In this document: in pieces, positions 38,138 to 48,944 of the stretch
Layout of the letters: each line of letters starts with the position of its first letter
Numbering within the stretch: position 1 is the first letter of the stretch
Assembly: GCF_017409525.1 (NCBI RefSeq)
Contig: NZ_JAFQSO010000007.1
Coordinates: forward strand, 26,826 to 90,825
DNA from: Methanobrevibacter sp.
GTDB taxonomy: Archaea > Methanobacteriota > Methanobacteria > Methanobacteriales > Methanobacteriaceae
Length of the DNA: 64,000 nucleotides
Direction: 5' to 3'
Position numbers and translations under genes: made by a program
The notes under the pieces: model-generated
The model's input: only the letters and a program-made list of their open reading frames with translations
Databases searched by the model: none
Told to the model about the DNA's origin: nothing

Positions 38138-39160
38138 CTAACTCAGATACTTGTTCATCATGACTGCAGTTCCAACAGCCGGTGCTACAACACATTCCTC
38201 ATCAGTTAGGATATCTCCCATCGACTTGACTTCCAAGCCAAGGAGTTCAGCTGCAGGCTTATCCAATATATCCTTACCAAGCCCAGTCACTACAATCAAA
38301 TCTAAGTTTTGTGTTTCTTGAACCTGTTTTAGGCCTTCCGCAATCTGTTCAACTTGTTTTTGATGAATGAATTTGGACATTTCAACAACATCATCCATTG
38401 ATATCATTTCCAAATCTGCACATACGACACGGGCTATTCTTTTTGCGCAGTCAACTTTAGACTTTGACTCCCCATCAAACGTATCGCAGACATAATCATC
38501 CTCATCTATCAAATCCAAAACAGTGTAAACATCAGCAGTTTGCGCAAAAAGTTCTGAAGCAACCCTATACTCTTTTCCATTGAGTTCAACTTTATCTAAA
38601 AAGCTGGCGAGATTAGTTCTCAAAGTTCCCGTATACACTAACTCCCCTGTTGCAGACCTGTCAAAATCAGATTTGCCCAATGCGCATTCCTTTCCATCTT
38701 TTATTGGTATGATATCAGTTGTAGTGCTTCCAGTATCAATGAATATGCAATTGTCAGATATTAAAGTAGCTATTTGGGCTGTTGCAATCCAATTGGCTGC
38801 TGCTGCTTTAAGCGGAGCTTTTTGAATGTCCTCTTTTGAAAGCATTCCATCAATTCCAACATAAGCTATTGGGCATGAAAATGTATCCTCACATTTTTCA
38901 ACCACATCCAGAACCCCCTCTTTTTTCGTGTCATAAGCATCAACAAGTTCTGCAGTCATGGATATTCCGACAGCGTCAATCTCTTGAATTGGGCAGATTC
39001 TTTCAATTAATTCGACTAAAACCTGAGACAATTCATCATTATTACTCCACATTGGAAGGTAAGCAAAATCAACCTCTATATTTCTTATTTCATCATCTTC
39101 AAAGTCAATTATTGCCAAATCGGTGTTTGCTCCACCGATATCGAATCCCGCTACTTTCAT
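38138..39160 (-). CDS. mfnF: Methanofuran biosynthesis protein MfnF (hydantoinase/oxoprolinase family)
   Basis: FDIGGANTD, MTAELVD, AAANW, DTGSTTTD and ELVYTGTLRT motifs; adjacent to mfnD. Confidence 0.88.
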   Translation of the reverse strand: MKVAGFDIGGANTDLAIIDFEDDEIRNIEVDFAYLPMWSNNDELSQVLVELIERICPIQEIDAVGISMTAELVDAYDTKKEGVLDVVEKCEDTFSCPIAYVGIDGMLSKEDIQKAPLKAAAANWIATAQIATLISDNCIFIDTGSTTTDIIPIKDGKECALGKSDFDRSATGELVYTGTLRTNLASFLDKVELNGKEYRVASELFAQTADVYTVLDLIDEDDYVCDTFDGESKSKVDCAKRIARVVCADLEMISMDDVVEMSKFIHQKQVEQIAEGLKQVQETQNLDLIVVTGLGKDILDKPAAELLGLEVKSMGDILTDEECVVAPAVGTAVMMNKYLS

Positions 39161-39161
39161 A

Positions 39162-40250
39162 TTATGTTCTCCTGATTACCAAATTATCTCCGGACTTCTT
39201 AAATTCCACTTGTCCGTCTAAAGAAACATCAATATCATCAATGCTTATCTTTCCGTCAACCAGATCAACTATTGTTTTTCCTATGTTGATGTTAGATATT
39301 TTACTTAAGCCAACATAAGGGGTTGTGAATCTTGAATTTATCTCCAGAAGATAAACTGAATAGACATCTTTTTCATCAGCATTGATTAATAAGTCAACAC
39401 CAACAAAACCTTTTAAGCCGTCAATAGATTCTACTGCTTTTACTGCAATGTCATATGCCTCATCTTTGAATTTGCTATCATAAGGCAACTTTCCACCAAG
39501 ATAAGTTCCCTTATCGTTTTCAAGCTCTACAAATTGCTGGTTTAAACTTATTGGAATGGCTTTTTTGCCATCGGATATCAAGCTTACGCTTACATCCATT
39601 CCGTAAATAAACTCCTGGACGATGACTCTGGAGCCGGGTACGAATATCTTATCCAAATCCAAAGTTAAATCCTCAATATTTTCGATGACAACAATGTCCT
39701 CACAGTCAACTCCCATCAAAGGTTTAATTATTAACTTTAGTGGAGTTAGAGGGTCTTCAGCTTGCCATTTTTCGTATAAATTATCAATTGCTCTTTTCCA
39801 GTACCCCTTAGAATCAATTTTGAATCTAAATGTTCTTGGTTGCGGAACAATGCCTGCAAGTTCTTCATAAGTTACTGATTTATCAGATGACTTGAAACAA
39901 GCCTCTGATGAAGAATTGTATGTTTTTACATTATTTTCTTCCAATATCTTTGAAATTGAGTAAAGATTGTTGTTGTTTTCTGCAGCTATGAAAATTGCTT
40001 TTCTAAAATTGGATGCATTGCCTTCAAGCCAATCCACCACATCCCCCTGGATGAAAATAGGATTTACATTCTCATAACCATTTACAGCATCTTCATAAGA
40101 TTCATTTACAACCAAATCAACATTGAAATCATTTAAATCTTCTAAAAGACTGAAAAGTAAAGCTTCAGCTTCAGAAATGATGCATTTATCTTTTTCGCCT
40201 GAAGCCGTAAAATATTCGAATACCAAAATTGAGTCATTCTCTTGCATCAT
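39162..40250 (-). CDS. mfnD: Tyramine-L-glutamate ligase (ATP-grasp)
   Basis: FEYFTAS N-terminus; IIKP, VQEF, GFVGVD and [11 protein letters not shown]-grasp motifs. Confidence 0.85.
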   Translation of the reverse strand: MMQENDSILVFEYFTASGEKDKCIISEAEALLFSLLEDLNDFNVDLVVNESYEDAVNGYENVNPIFIQGDVVDWLEGNASNFRKAIFIAAENNNNLYSISKILEENNVKTYNSSSEACFKSSDKSVTYEELAGIVPQPRTFRFKIDSKGYWKRAIDNLYEKWQAEDPLTPLKLIIKPLMGVDCEDIVVIENIEDLTLDLDKIFVPGSRVIVQEFIYGMDVSVSLISDGKKAIPISLNQQFVELENDKGTYLGGKLPYDSKFKDEAYDIAVKAVESIDGLKGFVGVDLLINADEKDVYSVYLLEINSRFTTPYVGLSKISNINIGKTIVDLVDGKISIDDIDVSLDGQVEFKKSGDNLVIRRT

Positions 40251-41556
40251 AAGTAATCATCATACCATTTAAGTTTAATTCATCGCTTGGAAATATCATT
40301 TTTTCTCCGGTGAAGACCAAATTGACTAATGCATTTTCTCTTTTCTCGAATTCCAACACAGTAATGTCTTCATCGATTTGAGTCATCTTTCTTTCAAATG
40401 AAGTCATGATGTCCTCTGGAGCTGCAATGTTCAGCATGCCCTCAGCAAATGCCTTTTCAATTGCATCAACCGTATTTTCTGCCGCTTTTCCATCACCATA
40501 TGGATTTTCGGCATTCTTCATTTTTTCTGCGAATTCACTGTCGGTTAGGATTTTGTTTGCATTTTCCAGTATCGCATCCTTATTTGAACCGACCAAAATG
40601 TTTCCACCGGCAGCCACTGTTTCTGGCCTTTCAGTATTGTATCTTAGGGTTAATGCAGGCACATCCAGTGTTATTGCTTCTTCCTGAAGGCCTCCGGAGT
40701 CTGTCAATATTAATGTTGAGCTTGATGTTAGAAGCAAAAAGTCCAGATATCCTATCGGTTTTACGATGTGGACATGCTCCAAATCGTTAAGCTCATCGAA
40801 CAGGCCGAAGTTTTGCAGCGTGTTTTTGGTTCTTGGATGAATCGGGAAGATGATGTTCATTTGATTTAGCTCTTTTAAAGCGCCGATGATGTTTACCACT
40901 CTTTCTTTTACATCAACGTTTTCTGCCCTGTGCATTGTCAATGTTAAAATGTTATCCATGTTTTCAATATCGAGATCGGCTAGGGATTGCTCTCCGAATC
41001 CTCTTTTTTTAGCTATTTCCAAGTGCCTGAAGCAAGCGTCGACAACCGTGTTTCCGGTTATGAATAGATTTTTTCTTGACAGTCCTTCAGCCAAAAGGTT
41101 TATTGCTGATTCTTCGGTTGGAATGAAATACATTGTTGAGCAAACATCAGCAACCCTCCTGTTTATCTCTTCAGGCATTGTCGTATCAAATGACCTGAGG
41201 CCCGCTTCAACATGTCCAACCGCAATATGCAATTTGGCGCAAACGAGTGCACCCGCAAGGACGGCATTAGTATCGCCCTGAACCAAAACAACATCAGGCT
41301 TTTCATCCAGAAGGATCTCCTCAATACCTTTCATCATCAAACCAGTCTGTCTGGCATGAGACCCTGACCCCACATGAATATTGTAATCGGGAGCAGGAAT
41401 CTCCAAATCCCTAAAGAAATTATCAGACATTTCCTTGTCATAATGCTGACCAGTGTGCAAAACAACCTGGTCAATACCCCTCTTGTCAATTTCAGCAATA
41501 ATAGGAGCCATCTTAATAATTTCCGGCCTTGTGCCTAAAATAGTTGCAATTTTCAT
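40234..41556 (-). CDS. wecB: UDP-N-acetylglucosamine 2-epimerase (non-hydrolysing)
   Basis: [27 protein letters not shown] and DSGGLQEE motifs. Confidence 0.94.
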   Translation of the reverse strand: MKIATILGTRPEIIKMAPIIAEIDKRGIDQVVLHTGQHYDKEMSDNFFRDLEIPAPDYNIHVGSGSHARQTGLMMKGIEEILLDEKPDVVLVQGDTNAVLAGALVCAKLHIAVGHVEAGLRSFDTTMPEEINRRVADVCSTMYFIPTEESAINLLAEGLSRKNLFITGNTVVDACFRHLEIAKKRGFGEQSLADLDIENMDNILTLTMHRAENVDVKERVVNIIGALKELNQMNIIFPIHPRTKNTLQNFGLFDELNDLEHVHIVKPIGYLDFLLLTSSSTLILTDSGGLQEEAITLDVPALTLRYNTERPETVAAGGNILVGSNKDAILENANKILTDSEFAEKMKNAENPYGDGKAAENTVDAIEKAFAEGMLNIAAPEDIMTSFERKMTQIDEDITVLEFEKRENALVNLVFTGEKMIFPSDELNLNGMMITYDARE

Positions 41557-41629
41557 AATTAATCCTCAATTAATATATTGATTAAAATAGGTTAAATAAT
41601 TTTTACGAAAAATTGTTAAAAAAATAGCT

Positions 41630-41953
41630 TCAGTTAGTAATATAATTACCTATATAAAATGAACCAATAACGATTCCAAATGCTGTACAAACTGTAATCA
41701 TTGCCACATTTAATAAAAATGCCTCAATAATTGCATTAATTGATGTTTTCTCACCAGATTTGTTTTTCCTAATCATAGAATCAACTATCGGCGGAATTGT
41801 CATGATAAAACCAATAATTAAAATGAATGGGATTGCATCAAACCATATGTTGGAACTGTTATGGTTAAAAGCCAAATAAATTCCTAAAGCAAAACCTATG
41901 ATTATATTTAAAATGGAAAACTTATCAAAAACATCATAAACTCGAGTCATCAC
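41630..41953 (-). CDS. Small membrane protein (about 3 TM), function unknown
   Basis: 107 aa with hydrophobic segments; GGTGTTG RBS-like sequence upstream. Confidence 0.7.
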   Translation of the reverse strand: MMTRVYDVFDKFSILNIIIGFALGIYLAFNHNSSNIWFDAIPFILIIGFIMTIPPIVDSMIRKNKSGEKTSINAIIEAFLLNVAMITVCTAFGIVIGSFYIGNYITN

Positions 41954-41995
41954 AACACCTTAATTTAGTATATTTACACATCTACTATATAATTG

Positions 41996-42856
41996 TTAAT
42001 GTAATTCATTTAAGCTTTTTATGATTGACTCGCGAATGGCGTACCTTTTTTGCAAATCCGATAAGGAATCGGCCAAATCTCTTCTAAATCGTTCACATGC
42101 ATAATCATCATATCTGAATTTAATTCCATCATATTGAATGTCCATTAAAATCAAATATTCCGCTTCCATTACCCTGATATATGCCCTTGGTTCGCCTTCC
42201 TTCGGATTCAATAGCCTTTCTGCATCATCCAAATCCATTTCTCCAGTAGAGACATCCACAAAAACCCTCATCATCTTCCTTACCATATTCCATAAAAATG
42301 ACTCGCCATAGATGTCTACAAATATCGGGGACAATGTCTCATGCAAGTTTGGAAACTCCCTTTTGTGATAGTCATCCAGATTAACTTTCGTGATTTTAAT
42401 ATCATCAATAGTTCTTGTGGTTGTTTTCTGAAAGCGCTTTGTAAAATTGGTGAAGTTATGAGTGCCCTTAAACAGCTCAGCGCATTCATTCATTCTATCA
42501 ATATCCAAATCTTGGAATAACAGATACCTGTAATGCCTCATTTGAGCATAGCGAGGTTTGAACGCATAACGGACAGGTGCAGATGCCAATATCTGAATAT
42601 CATCAGGAAGAGAATTGTTTATTTCATTCACTCGCACTTCCTTTTCTGACTGGAAACTGATTACATTGCCTAAACTATGAACCCCCGCATCGGTTCTTCC
42701 CGCAATCCTGAATCTTGACTTTTTTAAATCATCGATATAGTCTAATTTACGAAGGTGATAAATCAATTCCTCTTCCACGGTTCTTAAATCAGGCTGCCTT
42801 TGAAAACCGTGAAAGTTGGTTCCGATGTATCCAATCTTTAGTGCCGTTCTCTTCAT
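41996..42856 (-). CDS. truA: tRNA pseudouridine(38-40) synthase
   Basis: GFQRQP, AGRTDAGVHS, GTHNF and FLWNMVR motifs; start placed at MKRTALK. Confidence 0.94.
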   Translation of the reverse strand: MKRTALKIGYIGTNFHGFQRQPDLRTVEEELIYHLRKLDYIDDLKKSRFRIAGRTDAGVHSLGNVISFQSEKEVRVNEINNSLPDDIQILASAPVRYAFKPRYAQMRHYRYLLFQDLDIDRMNECAELFKGTHNFTNFTKRFQKTTTRTIDDIKITKVNLDDYHKREFPNLHETLSPIFVDIYGESFLWNMVRKMMRVFVDVSTGEMDLDDAERLLNPKEGEPRAYIRVMEAEYLILMDIQYDGIKFRYDDYACERFRRDLADSLSDLQKRYAIRESIIKSLNELH

Positions 42857-42923
42857 CACTATAATATTAAACACAATATAAAATAAGCTTTTAGGAAAAG
42901 ACCCGATTTTAAAAAAAAAAAGA

Positions 42924-43484
42924 TTATAATTTCACAGCATACTTGAAATCGTTAGAGTTGGAATTAATGTCCAATTTTTGAATCTGTTTATCCATATGGA
43001 CAGTTTGTAGTTCATTATTGGTGTCCAACACCACAATAAATCCCATTTTTAACCAAAATTCCATTGCTCCATCCAATGTTTTATGAGTATGTAAATAGAT
43101 ATTCGCATATCCCGCATTATTTGCAAAATTTTCAGCTATGCAGAACATTTTAGATGCCAGGCCGCAACGCCTATACCTTCTATCAACGAAAAGTCTCCAG
43201 ATACTTGAAGTAGTTTGCCTTGAGTAGGAATGTTCGAATTCTGGAAAATCCTTATCATAAGCTCTTATTCCAATAGTCGCTATGATTTCACCAGTTTCAG
43301 AATAAGCAACAAAGAAATTATTTCTTTCAGGTTTGATATAATACTCATCCATTTTCATGATGTCCTGATGCCATTCAGGAACATAACCGTGCCCGAATTC
43401 ATCCTTAATCATTGAAAATATGAATTCCTGAATTCGTGAAATTTCTCCAGAATCGTTTCTCAACTCTTTTATAATGACATCCAT
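42924..43484 (-). CDS. GNAT family N-acetyltransferase
   Basis: LFVDRRYRRCGLAS acetyl-CoA-binding motif. Confidence 0.88.
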   Translation of the reverse strand: MDVIIKELRNDSGEISRIQEFIFSMIKDEFGHGYVPEWHQDIMKMDEYYIKPERNNFFVAYSETGEIIATIGIRAYDKDFPEFEHSYSRQTTSSIWRLFVDRRYRRCGLASKMFCIAENFANNAGYANIYLHTHKTLDGAMEFWLKMGFIVVLDTNNELQTVHMDKQIQKLDINSNSNDFKYAVKL

Positions 43485-43630
43485 ACCAACACATCTAAGA
43501 GGTTATTACTTTTGGCCTTGAAATTATTCAATTAGTAATACTTTTTTAAATATTCTGAATAACTTCAATATTGATGTAGTTGTGCAAAGTATATAAAATT
43601 TTTTATTCGAATGTCTAAAGGCAATATTAA

Positions 43631-45001
43631 TTAATTAAAAGTATTAATTAATCTCTTAATTTGTAAGTCTGCCCAAATCATTGTTATATTATTTGATACA
43701 ATTTCACCTAAAACGATTCCCATCCAAGCTCCCCAAACACCCCAATTAAGTACAACACCCATTAAAACTGCGAAAAATAGTGTAAATCCAGTTTCCCTCA
43801 AGATTGTCTGAAACATTGCAGTAATACCTTTGCCTATTCCCTGGAAGACATAAGTCGAAGCGACACCAACTGCCATTGTAGGATAATAGATTACAATCCA
43901 CTGCAAAAAGCTTGTCAACTCACTCGCAATCCTAACGCTGCTTCCGCTAGAAGCAAATACATATGCAATATCACCAGCAAATACGTTTGTCAATATTGCA
44001 ACAGCGAATGCGAACACAATGGATATTTTCATTGCATACCTGTGGGCTATCTTAATGTTCTCATAATTTCGGGCCCCATAATTGGCCGCAACAACACTTA
44101 TCAAAGCTGTTCCAATGGCCAAAATCGGAGTTGTTCCGATGGTCACTATTCTCCAACCTGTAGAATAGACAGCAACCGAATCCGTTGAGCTTAAAAATGC
44201 AAGAAGAGCCGAAAAGACAGCTGCAAAAAAAGCATTGTTTAAAAGTTGAATGCTTGCAGGGATTCCGACTTTTATAATATCCCATCCAATGGAAGCCTTA
44301 AATTCAAAATTAGACAAAATAGGAGCCAGATAAGTATCCTTTTTAATATAAAACCAATAGATTAAAATTAAGATAACGAAAACGGCGGATATCAATGTTG
44401 CAATTGCCGCACCCCTAACGCCTAAATTTAAAGAATAGATAAAGATTGGATCCAGAATCATGTTTAGGATAGCTGATGCAATCATGGCATACATCGGCCT
44501 GGTCGAGTCCCCTTCGCCCCTGTAAATTCCATATAATGCATTTGAAAGTATTATGAAAACGGAACCCAAAACAATGACATTTCCATAATCGGTTGCATAA
44601 CCAATTGTCTGGCCGACACCCATCGCATTTAAAATTGGAACAAGCAAAACAAAAAGGATAACCGTTATTATGATTGACACCAACATATCTATTAGAATTG
44701 AGTGAACTGAAGCATTATCCGCTTTGGATTTATTTTCTTCACCGATGTATTTTGAAATGGCAAAAGCTGAACCCGCTCCAAGCCCATTTCCAAAGCCAAC
44801 CAAAATCATGAATATTGGCGTGAAAAATCCAACTCCTGCAAGAGCATCAGCTCCCAAACCGGACACCCAAGCAGCATCAATAAGACTATAAAAACTAGAA
44901 ATAAGCAATGAAATAATCAACGGTATAGACATGCTTACTAATGCTTTTTTAGGATTTCCAAGCATTACATCTACACTCTTCGAATTTTCACTGCTTTTCA
45001 T
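43631..45001 (-). CDS. MATE family efflux transporter
   Basis: 12 TM pattern; IDAAWV, RGEGD and NMILDPIFI motifs. Confidence 0.93.
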   Translation of the reverse strand: MKSSENSKSVDVMLGNPKKALVSMSIPLIISLLISSFYSLIDAAWVSGLGADALAGVGFFTPIFMILVGFGNGLGAGSAFAISKYIGEENKSKADNASVHSILIDMLVSIIITVILFVLLVPILNAMGVGQTIGYATDYGNVIVLGSVFIILSNALYGIYRGEGDSTRPMYAMIASAILNMILDPIFIYSLNLGVRGAAIATLISAVFVILILIYWFYIKKDTYLAPILSNFEFKASIGWDIIKVGIPASIQLLNNAFFAAVFSALLAFLSSTDSVAVYSTGWRIVTIGTTPILAIGTALISVVAANYGARNYENIKIAHRYAMKISIVFAFAVAILTNVFAGDIAYVFASSGSSVRIASELTSFLQWIVIYYPTMAVGVASTYVFQGIGKGITAMFQTILRETGFTLFFAVLMGVVLNWGVWGAWMGIVLGEIVSNNITMIWADLQIKRLINTFN

Positions 45002-45065
45002 AAGTAAATATTAAAACTTATACAAATATAAATCTTTCAAGAAAACAAATTTAAAAAAAATAAAA

Positions 45066-47435
45066 TTAGAATAGTGGATCTTTCACCATTCCGATTCTAA
45101 ATGAGTTCAAGATTACCAAAAGGGTCAATCCCAAATCTCCAAAACCAACAGACATCATTAAAGTAATAATGCTCAAAATAGCAAGAACTACACATAGCAA
45201 TTTTACTGCAATCGCAACAGTGATATTCTCTTTAATGATTCTCATTGTTTTGCGGCTTAATGAGAACAGATAAGGCAGTTTTGAAATATCATCCTGCATC
45301 AGGGCAACATCTGCAGTTTCAATAGCCACATCAGAACCTGCCGCACCCATTGCAATACCAATGTTTGCACGTGCAAGGGCCGGCGCATCGTTGATGCCGT
45401 CCCCAACCATGGCCACATCACCGAATTTGTTTCTTATTGTATCCAGGAGGTTGAGCTTATCTTCAGGCATCAAATTAGAATAAACATAGTCAATTCCAAT
45501 TTCATCCGCAACGCTTTTAGCGGCAAGTTTATTGTCACCAGTAAGCATTACTGTCTCTACACCCTGATCTTTCAAGTCCCTGATAACTTCCACTGCCTTA
45601 GGCCTAATCACATCAGACACAGTAATGATGGCCAAGACCTTTTCGGCATTGCCGACAAATATCAAGGTTTTACCGTTGGAATACCTGTCAATGTCCTCTT
45701 TAGACATGTCAAAGCTGGATTCTTCAATCAACGGTTCATTTGCTGCATAATATTTCTCTCCATTAATGTCTCCTAGAATACCCTTTCCAGGAACATTCTT
45801 GAAGTCACTGATTTCATCAAAACTTATGCCGTTTTTGGATGCATAGTTTACAACAGCCTGTGCAATCGGGTGGGAAGACTGGTTTTCTAGAGATGCAGCA
45901 ATTTCTACAATATCCTCTTTAGAATATGAGTCATCCAATACAACAACTTCGCTTAATTTGAGTTTTCCTTCAGTTAATGTACCTGTTTTATCAAAGATTA
46001 CAGCTCTAATATCCCTCATTTCCTCAACATAGGTACTTCCTTTAATTATAACCCCATTTCTGGTAGCTGAAGTAATGGCAGATACCATTCCAACCGGTGT
46101 TGAAATTAAAAATGCACATGGGCATGAAATCACTAAAAGTGAAAGGGCCTTATAAACCCAATCAGTTAGATTTTGACCGAACAACAATGGCGGAACGAAA
46201 GCTACAATAGCTGCACCAACCATCATTATTGGAGTGTAGTATTTAGCTACTTTCTCGACCAGGGATTCTGTTTCTGACCTGTTCAACTGTGACCTTTTTA
46301 CCAATGTCACTATCTTGGATATTACTGAATCTTTTGACTTTTTGGTTACAATGATTTCCAGATATCCATCTTCACTGACGGTTCCTGAAAATACCTCATC
46401 ACCGACATGTTTAAGTACAGGAACGCTCTCTCCAGTAATTGAAGCCTGATTAACAGATGAAGAACCTGAAACAACATTACCGTCAAGCGGAATCTTATCT
46501 CCAGGCTTTACAATAACAATGTCTCCAATATTTACATCATCGACATTCCTGATTTCATGGCCACCATCCACCTTTACCTTTGCGGTTTCAGGAGCGATTT
46601 CCACTAATGATTTAATGGACCTTTTTGCCCTTAGCTCTGCATAGTCCTCCAGGAATTCTGCAATATAATACAGGAATGTTACAGCAGCACCCTCTTCAGG
46701 ATGACCTATGATAAAGGAGGCAACACAAGCAATACACATCAACATTGCAGGGCCGACAGTATGTTTTTTAACTAATGAATTATAAGCCATGACAGCTATT
46801 TCATAACCTGCAATTACAGCTCCTGCCATGTAAACGACAGTGATAGCTGTTGGTGAAACAGACAAGAATTCAAGAACATGCCCCAATATGAACAGAAGAC
46901 CGCTTGCAACAATAATCTGGATTGGCCTGTTATATATTAAAGGCTTTCCTTCAGCCAGCAATTCTTCATCCCCATGGCCATGTTCATGTCCATTGTCATC
47001 GTCATCGTCACAATCTGGACAGCCACAAAGACTAATTTCAACATCATCATCGTGATGAATGTGCTCATGCTCATCAGAACAACAATCATCATCCCCATGA
47101 CCATGACTATGATCATGATGGTGCTCATGCTCATCAGAACAACAATCATCATCCCCATGGCCATGACTATGGTCATGATGGTCATCATCTGCACAATCAG
47201 AGCAACCACAAAGACTTATATCAACATCTTCATCATAATCTATCTCTTGCCTATGGTCGTAAACACTTAAATCAGTATTTTTTTGGAAATCTTCAAGTAA
47301 CTGTTTATTATAATGATTAGAATTTTCACAATGAATATCATCACATTTTGGGTCAAAACAGATGTAATTATAATGTTTAGGATTGAAGCAAATCTCATCA
47401 CTGCAATCAGAATCATAACATCTATTTACTACCAT
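45066..47435 (-). CDS. Heavy-metal P1B-type ATPase (ZntA/CadA-like) with a Cys/His/Asp-rich N-terminal extension
   Basis: TGES, SCPC, DKTGTLT, HP and GDGIND motifs; Lys in the penultimate TM and DxG in the last TM indicate the P1B-2 class. Confidence 0.94.
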   Translation of the reverse strand: MVVNRCYDSDCSDEICFNPKHYNYICFDPKCDDIHCENSNHYNKQLLEDFQKNTDLSVYDHRQEIDYDEDVDISLCGCSDCADDDHHDHSHGHGDDDCCSDEHEHHHDHSHGHGDDDCCSDEHEHIHHDDDVEISLCGCPDCDDDDDNGHEHGHGDEELLAEGKPLIYNRPIQIIVASGLLFILGHVLEFLSVSPTAITVVYMAGAVIAGYEIAVMAYNSLVKKHTVGPAMLMCIACVASFIIGHPEEGAAVTFLYYIAEFLEDYAELRAKRSIKSLVEIAPETAKVKVDGGHEIRNVDDVNIGDIVIVKPGDKIPLDGNVVSGSSSVNQASITGESVPVLKHVGDEVFSGTVSEDGYLEIIVTKKSKDSVISKIVTLVKRSQLNRSETESLVEKVAKYYTPIMMVGAAIVAFVPPLLFGQNLTDWVYKALSLLVISCPCAFLISTPVGMVSAITSATRNGVIIKGSTYVEEMRDIRAVIFDKTGTLTEGKLKLSEVVVLDDSYSKEDIVEIAASLENQSSHPIAQAVVNYASKNGISFDEISDFKNVPGKGILGDINGEKYYAANEPLIEESSFDMSKEDIDRYSNGKTLIFVGNAEKVLAIITVSDVIRPKAVEVIRDLKDQGVETVMLTGDNKLAAKSVADEIGIDYVYSNLMPEDKLNLLDTIRNKFGDVAMVGDGINDAPALARANIGIAMGAAGSDVAIETADVALMQDDISKLPYLFSLSRKTMRIIKENITVAIAVKLLCVVLAILSIITLMMSVGFGDLGLTLLVILNSFRIGMVKDPLF
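47061..47180. repeat. 60-bp tandem duplication encoding HHDHSHGHGDDDCCSDEHEH
   Basis: 47061..47120 and 47121..47180 are identical at 58 of 60 positions. Confidence 0.95.
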
Positions 47436-47453
47436 CGTATCACCAATTAAAAA

Positions 47454-47837
47454 TTATTCTAATATATGCTCTAGACCTACTTTGTAAATCATTTCAATGT
47501 GAAGATCTGTAAGGGAATATCTTGCCATTTTTCCCTCTTTTTGGTATTTGACAATATTGTTTGCACGCAATATCCTCAACTGATTTGAAACGGTTGTCTG
47601 GTTTAAATCAAGTGCTTCGCAAATATCACATACGCATAAATCTTCAACACAAAGCAGTGAAATAATTTTTAATCTTGTTGGATTTCCAAATATTTTAAAA
47701 AATTCTGATAAATCTGAGTATTCATCTTCTGAAGGCATGCGCTCTTTTACACGTGCAACAGCATCTTCGTGAGAGTTGAATACCTCACACACATCATCAT
47801 TTTTATTTTCAAGATTATCATTTTTCATTGTCATCAC
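47454..47837 (-). CDS. ArsR/SmtB family metal-sensing repressor (CadC/ZiaR-like)
   Basis: GNPTRLKII, LCVCD (alpha3) and DLH-x10-H (alpha5) motifs plus an N-terminal Cys; directly upstream of the ATPase. Confidence 0.92.
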   Translation of the reverse strand: MMTMKNDNLENKNDDVCEVFNSHEDAVARVKERMPSEDEYSDLSEFFKIFGNPTRLKIISLLCVEDLCVCDICEALDLNQTTVSNQLRILRANNIVKYQKEGKMARYSLTDLHIEMIYKVGLEHILE

Positions 47838-47852
47838 ATATATTATATATTT

Positions 47853-47909
47853 ACATATTATGATATGTTTATGTATTTAAATGTTGTCATATCATGATAT
47901 TGTGATATG
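47853..47909. promoter_or_regulatory. Candidate ArsR operator palindromes flanking a TATA box
   Basis: acatat-tatg-atatgt (47853..47868) and catatca-N8-tgatatg (47888..47909), with minus-strand TTTAAATA between them. Confidence 0.5.
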
Positions 47910-47934
47910 TTAATGAAAAAAAATAAAAAAATGG

Positions 47935-48378
47935 TTAAACATCATAATAGCTAACATTTTCGCCTAGATAATTAACATTATCAACCAACAAAACCTCTTT
48001 AGGAAACTTAATATCCCCTAAAGAACGATTTTCCAGGATGTTGCATCCCATATACTGCTCAATATAAGCATCACAGACAAATTCTGAGTGAAGCTTACTT
48101 GCATCCCAATAGCTCATTATTACAATGGTTCCATTGCCAAAAAAGACTTGTTTGCTTCCTAAAGATTCCATCCATTCAATCGTTTCATTGTCATAGCCTT
48201 CATACGGATCACTTGTTTTAATCTCTTCAATAACTTTAGATAACTCCACAGGACCTTCTGAAGACACGGTTAAGTTTGCTTTAATTACAGACTCATTAGT
48301 ATTCACTGTAGAAAAAACAATAGTCACTGACAAAATGGCTAAAAGTATGATTACAATAAATGTAACGCTTTTGTTCAT
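47935..48378 (-). CDS. Secreted or membrane-anchored hypothetical protein
   Basis: N-terminal hydrophobic helix; 147 aa. Confidence 0.75.
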   Translation of the reverse strand: MNKSVTFIVIILLAILSVTIVFSTVNTNESVIKANLTVSSEGPVELSKVIEEIKTSDPYEGYDNETIEWMESLGSKQVFFGNGTIVIMSYWDASKLHSEFVCDAYIEQYMGCNILENRSLGDIKFPKEVLLVDNVNYLGENVSYYDV

Positions 48379-48395
48379 TTAAGAACCTCCGGATA

Positions 48396-48860
48396 TTATT
48401 TTTTAACAACACCCGTTAATGTTCCATCAATGATGCAATCAAAATCAAACTTGCCTAACCAATCGGCTTTTGTGAACATGTCCATGAAGCAAACGCCGAT
48501 GATTCTGCCATCCTCTTTTAGAATTTCATCAACTAAATCATTTAGCTCATCCGTATCAACATCATATTTTGGCATCGATAGACCGCCCAACAATACAACT
48601 ACATCAGAGCCATGAGGATCTGAGACTTCATCCTTAAGCACCATAGCATATGATTTTGACTCAAATTCATGGCAATCGCCAATATCCAATAACGGAATGA
48701 AATGAGTCTCTTTGTCCCTAACAACATAGGACAAAAACTCTGCAAATGGTGTGCACACGCTAGGAGACCCAACAAAAGTAATCTTTTCTGCATCCCCCAC
48801 TTCCTTTTTGAATGTTACAAGTTGCCCATTCAATCCTTTCCATTCATAAACATCTTCCAT
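48396..48860 (-). CDS. DUF2124-family methanogen protein
   Basis: GSPSVCTPFAE, GGLSMP and GVCFM motifs; start placed at ATG 48860 after an AGGTGA RBS. Confidence 0.75.
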   Translation of the reverse strand: MEDVYEWKGLNGQLVTFKKEVGDAEKITFVGSPSVCTPFAEFLSYVVRDKETHFIPLLDIGDCHEFESKSYAMVLKDEVSDPHGSDVVVLLGGLSMPKYDVDTDELNDLVDEILKEDGRIIGVCFMDMFTKADWLGKFDFDCIIDGTLTGVVKK

Positions 48861-48944
48861 GGAAATCACCTTAATTGAATGTTTATATCCTATTAACTTT
48901 ATAATTTTTGATTAAATTCTTAACTGCCTCTCTTGCAAATAACC

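Noticed and set aside
38130-38142. Convergent genes only 2-3 nt apart (carS/mfnF; also pyrI/GMC at 57529..57532)
   Set aside because: Tight convergent packing is common in compact archaeal genomes; no extra structure was seen
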